A DNA stretch of 63,488 nucleotides, filler included, from Octopus bimaculoides (taxonomy: Eukaryota): the NCBI RefSeq assembly GCF_001194135.2. It is 5 parts of 5 records of this genome, joined end to end, with 100 filler letters (N's around TTAATTAATTAA, not from the genome) between each part and the next. Parts side by side here need not be neighbours in the genome. Positions count along the whole stretch, not along the records: positions 1 to 30,653 come from NC_068989.1; 4 more parts are not named here. One strand, written 5' to 3'. The translations under genes were made by a program, and so were the position numbers. Each line of letters begins with the position of its first letter. Position 1 is the first letter of the stretch. Below the pieces are notes generated by a model. The model made no database searches. It was not told the origin of the DNA and worked only from the letters and a program-made list of their open reading frames with translations. Below, in pieces: positions 10,600-22,684 of the stretch.

Positions 10600-11590
10600 G
10601 TGAGGAATTTGAGTAGCTTGACAGTGAAGAAAAGCTAGGGACTGTGTAATTTCATAGGTCATCAGTTGTGCGTCGATACTTCTGCCTGCCATTCGCACCA
10701 CTCTCAGGTCCAGACTTCGCCAGATCGAAAGTCTGACAAGCAGACTGAACTTGATCGACACCCATCCGGTATTCTTCCTATTAAAGAAGAAACTCTCCAT
10801 GTTGAAATTTCTATATTCCTTATAAAATGCTCTTTGCTACAGCCACGCATCTCTTCTTACAGATCTTGACGCCTGTGTCCAACGGTTCACTGAGGAGATA
10901 TGCAATGTGTGGTTTGACGGACTGGGTAACAACAGGCTGCTCTACCTGTCCGATATGGTGGCCTCATCCTCTGGTCTTCAATATCATTGGCCCTGCCGGC
11001 ATTACTCTCGTCGGTGACTTCTTGCTATGTTTTCACCAACAGGATTGTCAACAACACAACCTGAACCTTGTGTGATCAATACTTCCTTGAGTCTTGTCCT
11101 CCGGATCTGTGAGCCTCACAACTGCCGCTGCGGATCCACTGTGGATTCTTTCGATCGCCACTCATCATCATGCTATTATCGTGCTGGCCGCCTTACACGC
11201 GAAACTACTCTCAACGAAATTATAATGCATGCCCTAGACGCTGTAGACTTCCCTTCCCAGCTGGAACCAACCGAGCTAGACAGGGGGAACATGAAAGACG
11301 AGATGGCATGATAATTTTCCCTTTCCTCGGTGGTAGGCCACTCATCTTGGATTCCACAAGCTGCAACAATTTCTCCAGCAACAACGTGGCGTGTGCAGCT
11401 CTCAGCCCAGGTTTTGCTGCACGTAAAGTAAAGAACGGCAAAATGTGAAAGTATTAGGCACTCTGTGACAGATTTGTGGTCGAATGTCTGCGACAGTGCG
11501 ACAGTACTCACTGTTATTTTGGCAGAGATGACTATCCGCAAGTGAGTCGGATTGGCTGTTGCAGAGTGTCTCCCTCGACTTCCTCAGGGA
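10600..11590 (+). mobile_element. CRE-clade non-LTR retrotransposon remnant (thumb, zinc knuckle, RLE)
   Basis: QQAALPVRYGGL (about 10932-10967), CRCGSTVDSFDRH..SC, then EPTELDRG...RDGMIIFPFLGGRPLILDSTSCNNF, matching the CRE-type EP.GL.R.D..RPDG.T..P...G..L.WD.TC motif; frameshifted. Confidence 0.8.
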
Positions 11591-11924
11591 TAATGCCTTT
11601 TATATTTTGTCCACCGAGAATATGAGGTGGACTGGCAAGTCTTTTAACCTACTTCATATAATACAACTTTGAATTCTGAATTGGCTCCCATTCTTGGTTT
11701 ACTTTTGTAAAATTAAATAGAGTTGTGCTAGTTTTGAGGAGGCTGCTGATGTTGTCTTGTCGTTGTTGTTGTTGTTTAGTAGAGTTGATTAGTAGTGTTG
11801 TTTACTAGCAGCAGTAGAACACGATAAAAACGAGGATGGGTCAGTTGTAATAAACTGAGGAAATGAGGAATGTGTATACCTGGACTGTAAAGGGCTGTCT
11901 TTACTACAAACGACAAATCGATAT

Positions 11925-12125
11925 CGAATTCTCGAGTTATTTTTTTCTTTGCATCGGATATACTGATCCGAGTTTGATTGCTCGATATTATCGACTTTGC
12001 TTTTCATCCTCTCGGAGTCGATTAAATAAGTACTGGGGTCGATATAATCGACTTAATCTCTTTGACTGTCCTTGTTTGTCCCCTCTATGTTTAGCCCACT
12101 GAGGGCAATAAAGAAACAAATATTC
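11925..12125 (+). mobile_element. SINE-B (Deu/Nin-like core) 3' part
   Basis: aagtactggggtcgatataatcgacttaatc...tttgactgtccttgtttgtcccctctatgtttagcccac..gggcaataaagaaa tail. Confidence 0.75.
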
Positions 12126-12194
12126 TTCCTACAGGGGTTTAATAGGTCAGCACATTAATTATGGTAATATTGAGAAGTGGCTGTATCTACTGTC

Positions 12195-12247
12195 CATGTT
12201 GTTGTTCTTCTTCTTCCTGTTGCGGATGCAGTTGTTGTTGTTGTTGC

Positions 12248-12279
<32 letters not shown>

Positions 12280-12354
12280 TTGATGATGATGATGATCATC
12301 ATCATCATCATGATCATGATGATCATGATCATGATCATGTTGATCGTGATGACC

Positions 12355-12389
<35 letters not shown>

Positions 12390-12402
12390 AATGATGATGA
12401 AC
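12195..12402. repeat. Compound trinucleotide array (GTT)n/(GAT)n/(CAT)n
   Basis: Directly visible. Confidence 0.95.
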
Positions 12403-13266
12403 AGTAGTTGGAGTAAATACATGTTGAAGTTTCTCAAAATGTCTGTGAATTAATTTAAACGAGATTTTAATGCCTGAGTTAGTAAAGTATCGGACTCGAC
12501 AATAAATGTCGTTGTAGAGTTCATCGAACGAGACCTTCAAGACAGTGTGTTAGCATGGCCGTAGTCCCATCGCTAAAACCAGCAGAAGGCCAGAGGAATA
12601 AGCTCAAATTTTCTGACATGATATTCAGCGTAAGGATTTTACTTTCATTACAAGGATCTGACCCCGCTGTATTGAACATCCACCTTTTGTGATAATGTCA
12701 CTCTCGTTACAACTTCTCACTACGATATTACTATTCCTTGTCGTCTGAAGCGCATAAATCCTTTGTTATATTGATTAATCTCTTATATCGTCACCTTGTA
12801 TAACATCTTAAGTTTGGAATTCCCATCAACTGAAAGCTTTGCATGATTATATGATATATTATATGGAGAGAGGTATCGGCCAAAAGATTGAAATAAATCT
12901 TGCTACTCACCATATTTTTTATTACCATAACAAGAATGAGTCACATGTGTATATGCATATGCATGAGGGAAAATGCACATGTAAATTCATATACATCAAA
13001 ATAAATACGCAAAAACAATAAAATGCAGAAATCCAATGTGAGCATAGCTACTGAAATTGTTGAGTATATAAATAGATTGGCTTATTGTTTCTCTGGGATT
13101 ATTCAAATTCATGTTGACGCCTTTAATGAGAATCTGCTTCAAAAATTGATCAAGGTTGTTCGTCATATTTTCAGTCAACAGAGAAATAGCTTCATTAACC
13201 CTTTCTATAGATCTACTATCATACCCCGACACTGTGTGGACTGAGGTCCCCTGATATTAAATAAAG

Positions 13267-13520
13267 TGTTAACACTTGAGCATGACACTTTATTTCACAT
13301 TGCTCCAGTTCACTCAGCTGTAGAAATGAGTTGCGACATCACTGGTGCCAAGCTGTATCGGCCTTTGCCTTTCCCTCGGATAACATCGGTGGTGTGGAGA
13401 GGGGAGGCTGGTATGCATGGGAAACTGCTGGCCTTCCGTAAACAACCGGACTTGTGCTTCGGAGGGTAACTTTCTAGGTGCAATCCCATGGACATTCATG
13501 ACCGATGGTGGGGTCTTCTT
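13267..13520 (+). mobile_element. SINE-C, 5'-truncated
   Basis: Reverse complement of the 2034-2210 body, with an extended tail. Confidence 0.85.
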
Positions 13521-13649
13521 TAACACGTACGGTACGCAAATTAGTACCTCCTGTTTCTTGTAGCTACTGAAATCGATCATTATTTAAATAGATTGGCAGA
13601 TTGTTTCTCCGGTACTGGTCAAATTGTTATAGATTCCTCTGGTGAGAAT

Positions 13650-14220
13650 CAAATACGATTCGAAAATCGATTAAAGTTGTTCCTCAGTAAGGAGAAATAG
13701 CTTCATGTTAGCGATCCCGTACCAGCCCCTCTGCATCCTTCAAGGTGACGTCGAGCGTCTGGAGAGCTTCCTTGATAATGTCTTGTCATCTGGTGCGTCG
13801 AATGAGAGTAAATCCCTAGTAGGATAATCTAGCGAGAAACGGAAGACAAGTCCGTATCAGCGCATGTTACTGAGGTTGACGATGCGGGCTCATGCGTGCG
13901 CGCTCGCAATTTTTTTTTTTTTTTTTTTTTTTGAAATGTGATAGTTTTTGATGGTTCTCAAATGTTCTGCTATCAAAGCCCTCGACCCATTTTGGCGTGT
14001 CTTCTAAAGGGGTCACGTTTCTGCTTCATAAAGGAGAATGGAGAGAACTGATGCATTGTAGATGCAAAGCTTCATCTTCCGGGAGATAGAGCAGTGACGC
14101 CAGAGGGGCTTCCATGGGAAGTATATGACCCCAGCTGCCAGACAATCTGTGGTTGATTTCTGGAGTCAGTTCTTTATTACTGGTGACTGTGGAGCACAAA
14201 TAGATGAAGCCCTGTTTATA
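13650..14220 (-). mobile_element. RTE-clade LINE 3' coding fragment
   Basis: KMKLCIYNASVLSILLYEAET*, MR*YGLVFR..DYPTR, RTR*QDIIKEALQTLDVTLKDAEGLVRDR; interrupted by a poly(T) run at about 13909-13932. Confidence 0.8.
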
Positions 14221-14264
14221 AATCTACTATATTGGTTATGTATACGTGTGTGTACGCGCGTGTG

Positions 14265-14495
14265 CGGATGCGTGTGTGTTTGTCTCTCTACCCCCACCTC
14301 CACAGCTTGACAACCAATGCTGGCGTATTTACATCCCTGTAAATCAGTGGTTCGGTAAAAGAGAACGTTAGAATAAGTACAAGACTTCAAAAGAAAGTAC
14401 TGGGATCGATCTATTTGACTAAAAATTCTTCAAGGCGGTGCCCCAGCATGGCTGCAGTATAATGATTGAAACAAGTTAAGGATAACAGATATATA
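14265..14495 (+). mobile_element. SINE-A 3' half
   Basis: Aligns with 2810-3035. Confidence 0.85.
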
Positions 14496-14814
14496 TNNNN
14501 NNNNNNNNNNNNNNNNNNNNNNNNNNNNNNNNNNNNNNNNNNNNNNNNNNNNNNNNNNNNNNNNNNNNNNNNNNNNNNNNNNNNNNNNNNNNNNNNNNNN
14601 NNNNNNNNNNNNNTATACATATATATATATATATCAATAGTTGTAGATTCTACTTACTTAATTATTTTGTCCGTTATAATTTTGTTGTTTTTTAATTGTA
14701 ATTGCTACGTAGTTGAAAAGTTAACAATCGCGTTCATAATACATAGGCATTTGAATTAATTCTTTTAAATTGCAGCCGTCCTTTCACGCGGAATTTCGTC
14801 TATCTTTAAACCTT

Positions 14815-14895
14815 GGCTTTGATGAGACTTATATAAGTGAATTGAATTGTTTATGTATCAAACAATGTATATAAAGTCGAAACAAATTGTTGGCT
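14815..14895 (+). ncRNA. Type I hammerhead ribozyme-like motif with long stem II
   Basis: GGCT-T-TGATGA-[GACTTATATA..ATTGTTT/AAACAAT..TATATAAAGTC]-GAAA-C-AAATT-GT-T-GGCT; position 3 is U rather than C; stem I has two G.U pairs. Confidence 0.55.
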
Positions 14896-14934
14896 TTTAT
14901 GGGGTTTTTTAATGAATTTTATGTTAATTATTTT

Positions 14935-15127
14935 ATTCTTTTACTTGTTTCAGTCATTTGACTGCGGCCATACTGGAGCACCACCATTTAGTCGAACAAA
15001 TCGACCCCAGGACCTATTCTTTTTAAGCCTATAACTTATTATATCGGTCTCTTTTTGCCGAACCGCTAAGTTACGGGGACGTAAACTCACCAGCATCACA
15101 TTTCAAGCGATGTTGGGGAGGGGACAA

Positions 15128-15200
<73 letters not shown>

Positions 15201-15356
15201 TACGACGGGCTTCTTTCAGTTTCCGTCTACCAAATCCACTCATAAGGCTTTGGTCGGCCCGAGGCTATAGTAGAAGACACTTGCCCAAGATTCCACGCAG
15301 TGGGACTAGACCCGGAACCATGTGATTGGTAAGCAAGCTACTTACCATACAGCCAC
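14935..15356 (-). mobile_element. SINE-A, full length
   Basis: tRNA-like head (tggctgtatggtaag..ggttccgggtctagtccc), CORE-like ttgggcaagtgtctt, internal (TA)n(TG)n and 3' tail. Confidence 0.9.
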
Positions 15357-15538
15357 GTTATATTCATAGTATATTATGTTATACTATAATATAAGATTAT
15401 TGGATTGTGAATTAATCTATTTAATTTATTGTTTGTAATTTGCATTGTACCCATATTTATGTGGTATTCAACTGACGTACCAGTGAAATGGATATTTTGC
15501 CCAGCCCTTTGAAGAAATTTTTTTCCTTAGTTTGTTAC

Positions 15539-15588
<50 letters not shown>

Positions 15589-15700
15589 GTAATCCATTTT
15601 TCACTGGTATATACGAATGAGTGGACAAACAGAAGAAGGACACTCAACACGTTTATTGAGAGTTACATGCATGGATCAAAACAGTTTGATTAAAATTCGT

Positions 15701-15740
15701 TGGTACTCCGAGTTTCGAGCTTGATGCTAATCTTCAGCCA
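15701..15740 (-). ncRNA. Minimal type I hammerhead motif
   Basis: Minus strand TGG-CTGAAGA-T-TAGC atcaa GCTC-GAAA-CTC G GAGT-A-CCA; intact core, 3-bp stem I, near-palindromic stem III. Confidence 0.65.
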
Positions 15741-16307
15741 TTTTGAATTTGAATGAGAGGAGTTGATTGTTATTACCATAAGGTGGACTGCGATTACTCA
15801 AGAAAGGTCACGCAGTGTCATGATTTGGTGTTGGTATATCAGTCACAACAGTTACTTAGAAAATATCGCATGGTGGACAGGAAATCGACCGCGTGGTGAA
15901 CAGGAAATCGGTCTCGTATTTATACGTGTGTGTCTATGTGTGTCTACGTATGTAAATGTGTATGTATCTGTGTGTGTATGTGTGTTTGTGTTTGTCTGTG
16001 TGCGTGTGTGTTGAATTCTACAGATTATATAGGGATGAGACTTGCTTTTGTTACCAGAGACACAGAAATACTCAGCATTCCACGTAATACGACTTGATAA
16101 TATCGTGTAACATCTAATACCAAGAAAGTACGAAATAATGGCCTAGTCATTGAAGGAAAGGCAAACACGCGCACACAAAGTACACCCACACATATCAAAT
16201 ATATGACAATATCGGACTGCAAAATAAGATTTCCCCGTTACCAACATTTATGTTATGAAGAATAATATTCAATTCAGTAACAAGAGCTTAAGAGGCAATT
16301 GTGTGGC

Positions 16308-17067
16308 GGATCTATTTTAAAACGGGGGCACCAGTTTTCATTTATGTTTTATGTAGTGTTTTTGGTACCGAAAGACTTTCAAACTTCGTATACTTATCTA
16401 TTTTGTGTTATAGAACATAAAAAAATGTTTGTATTCGAATTTATTTCATGTAAAAAATTGTCTTATTTCGATAATTTCTACTAATCACTGACGTCTATTC
16501 AGTTGAAAACAGTTAGCGCTGTAACGGTGTATATCGTATTAATCCCCTAACCCTAACCCTAACCCTAACTAGACTGTTAACCGTAACCCTAACCCTAACC
16601 CTAAAACTAACCCTAACTCTAGAATCCGAACTCTAAAATTGTTACACACATAGATACGCACAGCGTAATTTATNNNNNNNNNNNNNNNNNNNNNNNNNNN
16701 NNNNNNNNNNNNNNNNNNNNNNNNNNNNNNNNNNNNNNNNNNNNNNNNNNNNNNNNNNNNNNNNATTATATAAACAATATATGCGTATAAATTACGATTA
16801 AACCGGATGAAATATGTCACAGGGAATAACATTTTTATGACCGCCCAGCAGTAACTCTATTCAGCTGAATAGACGTCAGTGATTGGTTGAAATTACAGAA
16901 ATACGACAACTTTAACATGGAATAACTTGCAATGTACGTTTTTTTGTTAAGAAGACTAAGAGTAAAAGATGTTTTATATGACACATTCTACCAGTGTCCC
17001 AAGTTTCAAAGTGTTTCGTTAGTGTTTCGTTAATAAAATACTGGTGCCCCCGTTTTGAAATAGATCC
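16308..17067. mobile_element. Merlin-like MITE, copy 2 (opposite orientation to copy 1)
   Basis: GGATCTATTT..AAAACGGGGGCACCAG TIRs; exact 8-bp TSD TGTGTGGC (16300-16307 / 17068-17075); subterminal arms match copy 1; (CCCTAA)n at 16545-16620. Confidence 0.88.
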
Positions 17068-17435
17068 TGTGTGGCTTCTACTGTTAAAGATATATATTGA
17101 AAAGACAGTATACCAATACACTCTTCTGTGTTGTGATACAGATCTCCACACTATTTTCACTAACAATAGAATGAAGACTAATCAATCTTCTATTTTAGTC
17201 TGGTGTCTTGTCATATTGGAAAATAAAAGAATCATATAAGCAGTTCGCGTCAAGCGTACGTATATACATACGCACACATTAGCATATACACAAGTCGATA
17301 AACATGCACTTATATACATACTCTCCTCGATATTTAAATATCCAGACATCCACATAAACGGACATGGGTACATAATGAAATAACTTTGGTCCTCCATTAT
17401 TTACGCAAATGTACGTACACATGTACAGACACATC

Positions 17436-17466
<31 letters not shown>

Positions 17467-18702
17467 CCAGGCATGCGTACAAATGCTCCTGCACAACAGT
17501 AGGCAAGATAATGCGTGTGCAGTAGCTTGATCTGCAAAAATATAGCATCCAAATGTCTTTCAAATCACACCTTATCGCCTTAAAAACAAGAGGCAAAGAC
17601 TCACTAAGTAACGTAATCCTAGATACACTATGTATGAATTTTATAAGGGTTGGATAAAGCTGGATACACTTTAATTATAAGTATACTATATGAAATTTTT
17701 CAACAAACTCTGAGGGAAATGCTACAGATGAACTTTCTGCATGCGAAATGCAAATGCAAGAGTCACATATTTAATATCATCATCATCTGTCGCGTTTCTT
17801 GCAAGGACTCCCATGACTTTCTGTTGCCAACCGGTTCTATATGTTGTATGAAATTGAATTGCGACCTTGAGTCATGATGAATCTTTCATAAGCTGATTAC
17901 ACAACTATGGACATCGCCTTAATGGAAGCATTGCAGTTACTCTCGTGATAGAATTTGGTAATCCTTACCGTTGATCTTCTAGAATTCTTGCGCTCAGCGT
18001 TGGTCAGTTGAGCTCTTCTCCTGCATCTTCACGACCCATCATGCTGCATTCAAATGACTTCGTTGTATTCCTGGCATAGTGGCTAAAGGGGTGCTATGAT
18101 CTAAGGGCAGATTATATCTACGCAGGGTACGTTACTTTGGGAGGTATTTTTTTNNNNNNNNNNNNNNNNNNNNNNNNNNNNNNNNNNNNNNNNNNNNNNN
18201 NNNNNNNNNNNNNNNNNNNNNNNNNNNNNNNNNNNNNNNNNNNNNNNNNNNNNNNNNNNNNNNNNNNNNNNNNNNNNNNNNNNNNNNNNNNNNNNNNNNN
18301 NNNNNNNNNNNNNNNNNNNNNNNNNNNNNNNNNNNNNNNNNNNNNNNNNNNNNNNNNNNNNNNNNNNNNNNNNNNNNNNNNNNNNNNNNNNNNNNNNNNN
18401 NNNNNNNNNNNNNNNNNNNNNNNNNNNNNNNNNNNNNNNNNNNNNNNNNNNNNNNNNNNNNNNNNNNNNNNNNNNNNNNNNNNNNNNNNNNNNNNNNNNN
18501 NNNNNNNNNNNNNNNNNNNNNNNNNNNNNNNNNNNNNNNNNNNNNNNNNNNNNNNNNNNNNNNNNNNNNNNNNNNNNNNNNNNNNNNNNNNNNNNNNNNN
18601 NNNNNNNNNNNNNNNNNNNNNNNNNNNNNNNNNNNNNNNNNNNNNNNNNNNNNNNNNNNNNNNNNNNNNNNNNNNNNNNNNNNNNNNNNNNNNNNNNNNN
18701 NN

Positions 18703-19000
18703 GTTTATTGAGCGAAAACACCTAAAGCTCCACGAGGCTCCGGCAGGGGATGGTGGCGAACCCTGCTGTACTCTTTCACCACAACTTTCTCTCACCTTTA
18801 CTTCCTGTTTCTGTTGTTCCTGTAATTCAAAGGGTCAGCCTTGTCACACTGTGTCACGCTGAATATCCCCGAGAACTACGTTAAGGGTACACGTGTCTGT
18901 GGAGTGCTCAACCACTCGCACTTTAATTTCACGAGAAGGCTGTTCCGTTGATCGGATCAACTGGAACCCTCGACGTCGTAAGCGATGGAGTGCCAACAAT
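18703..19000 (+). mobile_element. SINE-D
   Basis: Aligns with 28948-29286; tail cgtaagcgatggagtgccaacaa. Confidence 0.9.
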
Positions 19001-19029
19001 ATATATATGTATGTATATGAATATTGTTT

Positions 19030-19199
19030 GGTAAGAAGTTTGTTTCCCAGTCACATGGTTCCGAGTTCAGTCCCACTGCGTCACATCTTGGGTAAGTGCC
19101 TTCCACTATAGCTTCAGGCCGACCAAACTCTTATGAATGGATTTGGTAGATGAAAATGAAAGAAACCTGTCATGTGTGTGTGTGTGTGACTGTGTGTAT

Positions 19200-19239
<40 letters not shown>

Positions 19240-19240
19240 N
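19030..19240 (+). mobile_element. SINE-A 5' half
   Basis: ggttccgagttcagtcccactgcgtcacatcttgggtaagtgcc...gatgaaaatgaaagaaacc, then (TG)n. Confidence 0.85.
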
Positions 19241-19831
19241 NNNNNNNNNNNNNNNNNNNNNNNNNNNNNNNNNNNNNNNNNNNNNNNNNNNNNNNNNNNN
19301 NNNNNNNNNNNNNNNNNNNNNNNNNNNNNNNNNNNNNNNCAATAAACACTCACAACGCCCGGTCTGGGAATCGAAACCGCAATCCTATAGCAACACCCTT
19401 CTGCGCATGGCCACTCCACACACGCACATCGGCAACATTGAGGTACTGTATAGTGTGCATTGATTTTCCAATACATATTTCGGACATTTTTGGAACACGT
19501 CGCCTTATTAAAACTTGATATTTCACATTGAAATCCTATGTGATTATTCTTGGCGCAAATCGACTTATTAACACTTTCAGTTAAATGTTTAGTCAATGTC
19601 AACGTAGTAACTAAGTAACCAGCTATTTACACACACACAATTATGTATACATCATTACAATTGTGAAAATTTCAGATAAAAAAGAATAACTAAAGTTACT
19701 TTCATTTTTTATATTCTTCTCCGGCTTTCTATTTCTGTCAGTTATATGCCTATGTGAGTGTGTGTGAGAAAAAAGTTTCATACGGAAATTTCATTTAATT
19801 GATCAATTGTCAACAGGGCATAACTACAGAT

Positions 19832-19975
19832 TTCTGCCCCCCACCTACCGACTTTGGATGATCATAACTTTCAGGAAAATAAGATATTTTTTAATGAAAT
19901 TGTCTACAAATATACCTCGGACAATGTAGATTCCGAGCATATAGGAATTTTGGGGGAAAACTACTGGGGGTTATT
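19832..19975 (+). repeat. Dispersed repeat; inverted, internally duplicated copy at 22398-22680
   Basis: ccgactttggatgatcataactttcagg...gggggttatttt matches the reverse complement of 22398-22680. Confidence 0.75.
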
Positions 19976-20319
19976 TTTCAGACCTGTTCCCCACTAGAGT
20001 GTGTTTTGGAACAAGTCGTCCATATTTGTTAGATTTTCTTTGTTTTGTGTATTTGTGCATCCGTAGATTTCTATTGAAACAACAGGCAATGAAGGCAAAT
20101 GAAGCCCTCACCAGAAAACTCATGCTTAAAATAACAGCTAAATGTCTAGTACACAGATATATGTTATTAAGACGACTTATCTGTCGCATAGGATTTGTTT
20201 TCACTTTAAGTAAATTCCAAGGTAAACGTTTCCAATAGAAACGCAGAAGACACCAGAAGCAAAAATAAGGAATATACCCGCACAGTTAAAAATAGAAGTG
20301 TAAAGTATAATTTGTTACA

Positions 20320-22051
20320 TCTCTATATCTATAAAACAGAGGATGTTTGTGTGTGTGTGTACGTGAATGTGGTTTATGCACGTCCACAAATTAGCACACA
20401 TGTCGTTCCAATTTTAGGATAAGATTCAGAATGACCCTATGTGCATTTTAGTGAACTTTCTCTCTCAGAGGTACCCGCGTATACCTGTAAAAATCGATAA
20501 ACTTTTGCCAATTTTGAAGTTTGTTCACATGGCGAAGTCAAATCTGTGCGTACGCGCGTGAAGGCGAGAGAGAGAGAGAAATTGTATATTTGTGAGACGG
20601 AGGGTGAAGGAGAAATACATTTCTTTGCCAGCGTCTGTGTGGCAGGCAGCAAGCAAACAGAAAATAATACCCCCCCTCTCTCTCTCTCTCTCTCTCNNNN
20701 NNNNNNNNNNNNNNNNNNNNNNNNNNNNNNNNNNNNNNNNNNNNNNNNNNNNNNNNNNNNNNNNNNNNNNNNNNNNNNNNNNNNNNNNNNNNNNNNNNNN
20801 NNNNNNNNNNNNNNNNNNNNNNNNNNNNNNNNNNNNNNNNNNNNNNNNNNNNNNNNNNNNNNNNNNNNNNNNNNNNNNNNNNNNNNNNNNNNNNNNNNNN
20901 NNNNNNNNNNNNNNNNNNNNNNNNNNNNNNNNNNNNNNNNNNNNNNNNNNNNNNNNNNNNNNNNNNNNNNNNNNNNNNNNNNNNNNNNNNNNNNNNNNNN
21001 NNNNNNNNNNNNNNNNNNNNNNNNNNNNNNNNNNNNNNNNNNNNNNNNNNNNNNNNNNNNNNNNNNNNNNNNNNNNNNNNNNNNNNNNNNNNNNNNNNNN
21101 NNNNNNNNNNNNNNNNNNNNNNNNNNNNNNNNNNNNNNNNNNNNNNNNNNNNNNNNNNNNNNNNNNNNNNNNNNNNNNNNNNNNNNNNNNNNNNNNNNNN
21201 NNNNNNNNNNNNNNNNNNNNNNNNNNNNNNNNNNNNNNNNNNNNNNNNNNNNNNNNNNNNNNNNNNNNNNNNNNNNNNNNNNNNNNNNNNNNNNNNNNNN
21301 NNNNNNNNNNNNNNNNNNNNNNNNNNNNNNNNNNNNNNNNNNNNNNNNNNNNNNNNNNNNNNNNNNNNNNNNNNNNNNNNNNNNNNNNNNNNNNNNNNNN
21401 NNNNNNNNNNNNNNNNNNNNNNNNNNNNNNNNNNNNNNNNNNNNNNNNNNNNNNNNNNNNNNNNNNNNNNNNNNNNNNNNNNNNNNNNNNNNNNNNNNNN
21501 NNNNNNNNNNNNNNNNNNNNNNNNNNNNNNNNNNNNNNNNNNNNNNNNNNNNNNNNNNNNNNNNNNNNNNNNNNNNNNNNNNNNNNNNNNNNNNNNNNNN
21601 NNNNNNNNNNNNNNNNNNNNNNNNNNNNNNNNNNNNNNNNNNNNNNNNNNCAGGACAAAATGAGAAATATACAGAATAAAGAATTATCTATGGCCTGCTG
21701 CAGTTTCGAACATTAACGTTTTACTTTCGTAACATCCATGTTCTCATATCTGAACAGAACCGCTTTTGACACAGAGAATCGGGAGCCCTTTTGGTCATTC
21801 TATTTTCCTTGCTGGAAGGGTTCCTAACCCATGAGCAAAGAGGGGTTAGATGATGGCGGTGGTATTTTCAAAGAGATGGCACGTGTAACCTGATCACCTC
21901 TGCCGATCAAACCCTCAACCCATGCACTCCAATTGCAACACTGATTCTGCCCAAATTTGACGTCATGTTACTTAGTTTGGTTTGAAATAAAGAACTTGAT
22001 TAGCTTAATAATCCCAACTTAATCCCGGGCAAAGCCGGGCTATACTGCTAG
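20320..22051 (+). mobile_element. Putative non-autonomous Helitron (internal gap)
   Basis: 5' A|TCTCTATATCTATAAAA; 3' hairpin cccgggcaaagccggg then CTAG|T. Linkage of the two ends across the 0.95-kb gap is inferred. Confidence 0.55.
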
Positions 22052-22684
22052 TAATCTCTATAATAAACATGATATTGAATGGAATAATTCCCTGTTTTAA
22101 CTTTTTTCATTATATATATATGTGTGTGTGTGTGTGAAGACAGTGAGAAAAAGCATGCCACCCCTTTGTGCTTTGTTTTTCTACGGATTCCGACCTTGTC
22201 TCCAACGGAGATTTTGAATATTCAAAAAAATCTACTTATAGGCTTTTTTATACCCCCCTTAACTTTTCAAATTTTTACCCGAAATTTTAGGACTAGCGTT
22301 AAGGGTTATATCAAGATGCACAAACGCACAAAACGGGAAAACTGAAACAAAAGTGGACGACTTGTTCTGAAACACCCCCGAGTGGGGAACAGTTCGTAAA
22401 AATAACCCCCAATTGTTTTCCCACAAAATCCTATATGCTTGGAATCTATGTAGAAGTATATTTGTAGACAATTTCATTAAAAAATATCCATTTTCCTGAA
22501 AGTTAAGACGAATTAAAGTGGACTCCAGTGAATATTCTGAAAATCCTCCCCACCCCCTTCCAAAACACTTTCCCCAAAATCGGAATCTACATGATATAAC
22601 ACATATTCGTAGAAAATTTCATTAAAAAATATCCATTTTTCTGAAAGTTATCATCATCCAAAGTCGGGGTGGGGGGCTGAAAGC

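Noticed and set aside
12159-12540. Poly-His/Asp/Gln ORFs resembling a low-complexity protein
   Set aside because: They derive from a compound trinucleotide microsatellite open in several frames; no splice or domain support.
17780-18150. GC-richer unique stretch that might be an exon
   Set aside because: Stops in the frames I translated and no recognisable motif or convincing splice pair; probably old TE debris.
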